Of a stretch of 64,000 nucleotides of DNA, positions 63,648 to 64,000 are shown piece by piece; the stretch's first letter is position 1; the number at the start of each line of letters is the position of its first letter. Below the pieces are notes generated by a model. It did not search any database, was not told where the DNA came from, and was given only the letters and a program-made list of their open reading frames with translations. Made by a program: the position numbers and the translations under genes. Source of the stretch: Octopus sinensis (Eukaryota). The stretch spans positions 19,220,001-19,284,000 of the forward strand of contig NC_043021.1 in the NCBI RefSeq assembly GCF_006345805.1. The letters are read 5' to 3'.

Positions 63648-63844
63648 AGATATGTAAATGTATGTATATATGTCTATGCTTGTGTATATATATATATATG
63701 TGTGTGTGTGTGTATGTATAAATATGTGTACATATATATATGCATATATATATATGTGTGTGTGTGTGTATATATGTGTGTATATATGTGTATATATATG
63801 TGTGTATATATGTGTATATATATGTGTATATATATGTGTATATA

Positions 63845-63888
<44 letters not shown>

Positions 63889-64000
63889 GTAACAGATATA
63901 TATGTGTATACATGATACAAGGGAAGCCCCCATACTGTGATCACTTTAGGTCGAAGGCTTTTCTATAACAATAACCATTTGGTAAAGGATTTTCAATTCA
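63169..64000 (+). other. Probable UBE2J2 3' UTR dominated by CT/CA/TA microsatellites
   Basis: Follows the stop codon; no AATAAA seen before the window end. Confidence 0.55.

Overview
AT-rich, microsatellite- and transposon-dense animal genomic DNA. The repeat landscape (tRNA-headed SINEs, RTE tails, long TA/CA tracts) points to an octopod cephalopod, probably Octopus; this is inferred, not searched. One intact protein-coding gene is supported: a + strand UBE2J2/Ubc6-type tail-anchored ER ubiquitin-conjugating enzyme. It has 7 coding exons (44090-63168), a 705-nt CDS and 234 aa, with catalytic Cys91 and a C-terminal TM. A probable promoter and non-coding exon lie about 27 kb upstream (about 16.9-17.2 kb), and a possible 5' exon of a minus-strand gene lies at the left edge. 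The rest is repeat-derived: several modular tRNA-SINE families; LINE relics (RTE, RTEX-like, CR1, L1/Tx1, R4/Dong); hAT and mariner transposase relics; MITEs (piggyBac-like, Mutator-like, Tc1-like, hAT); two non-autonomous Helitrons; a frameshifted C2H2 finger; and several tandem arrays. The most notable observations are: (i) (TA)n-anchored short elements carrying a minimal hammerhead-ribozyme-like motif; (ii) a SINE whose target duplications repeatedly start with its own 3'-terminal GGTA; (iii) new tandem repeats born inside dead elements; (iv) a twin-primed LINE inside a hAT transposase. Repeat boundaries are approximate, and family assignments come from motif recognition without database searches.
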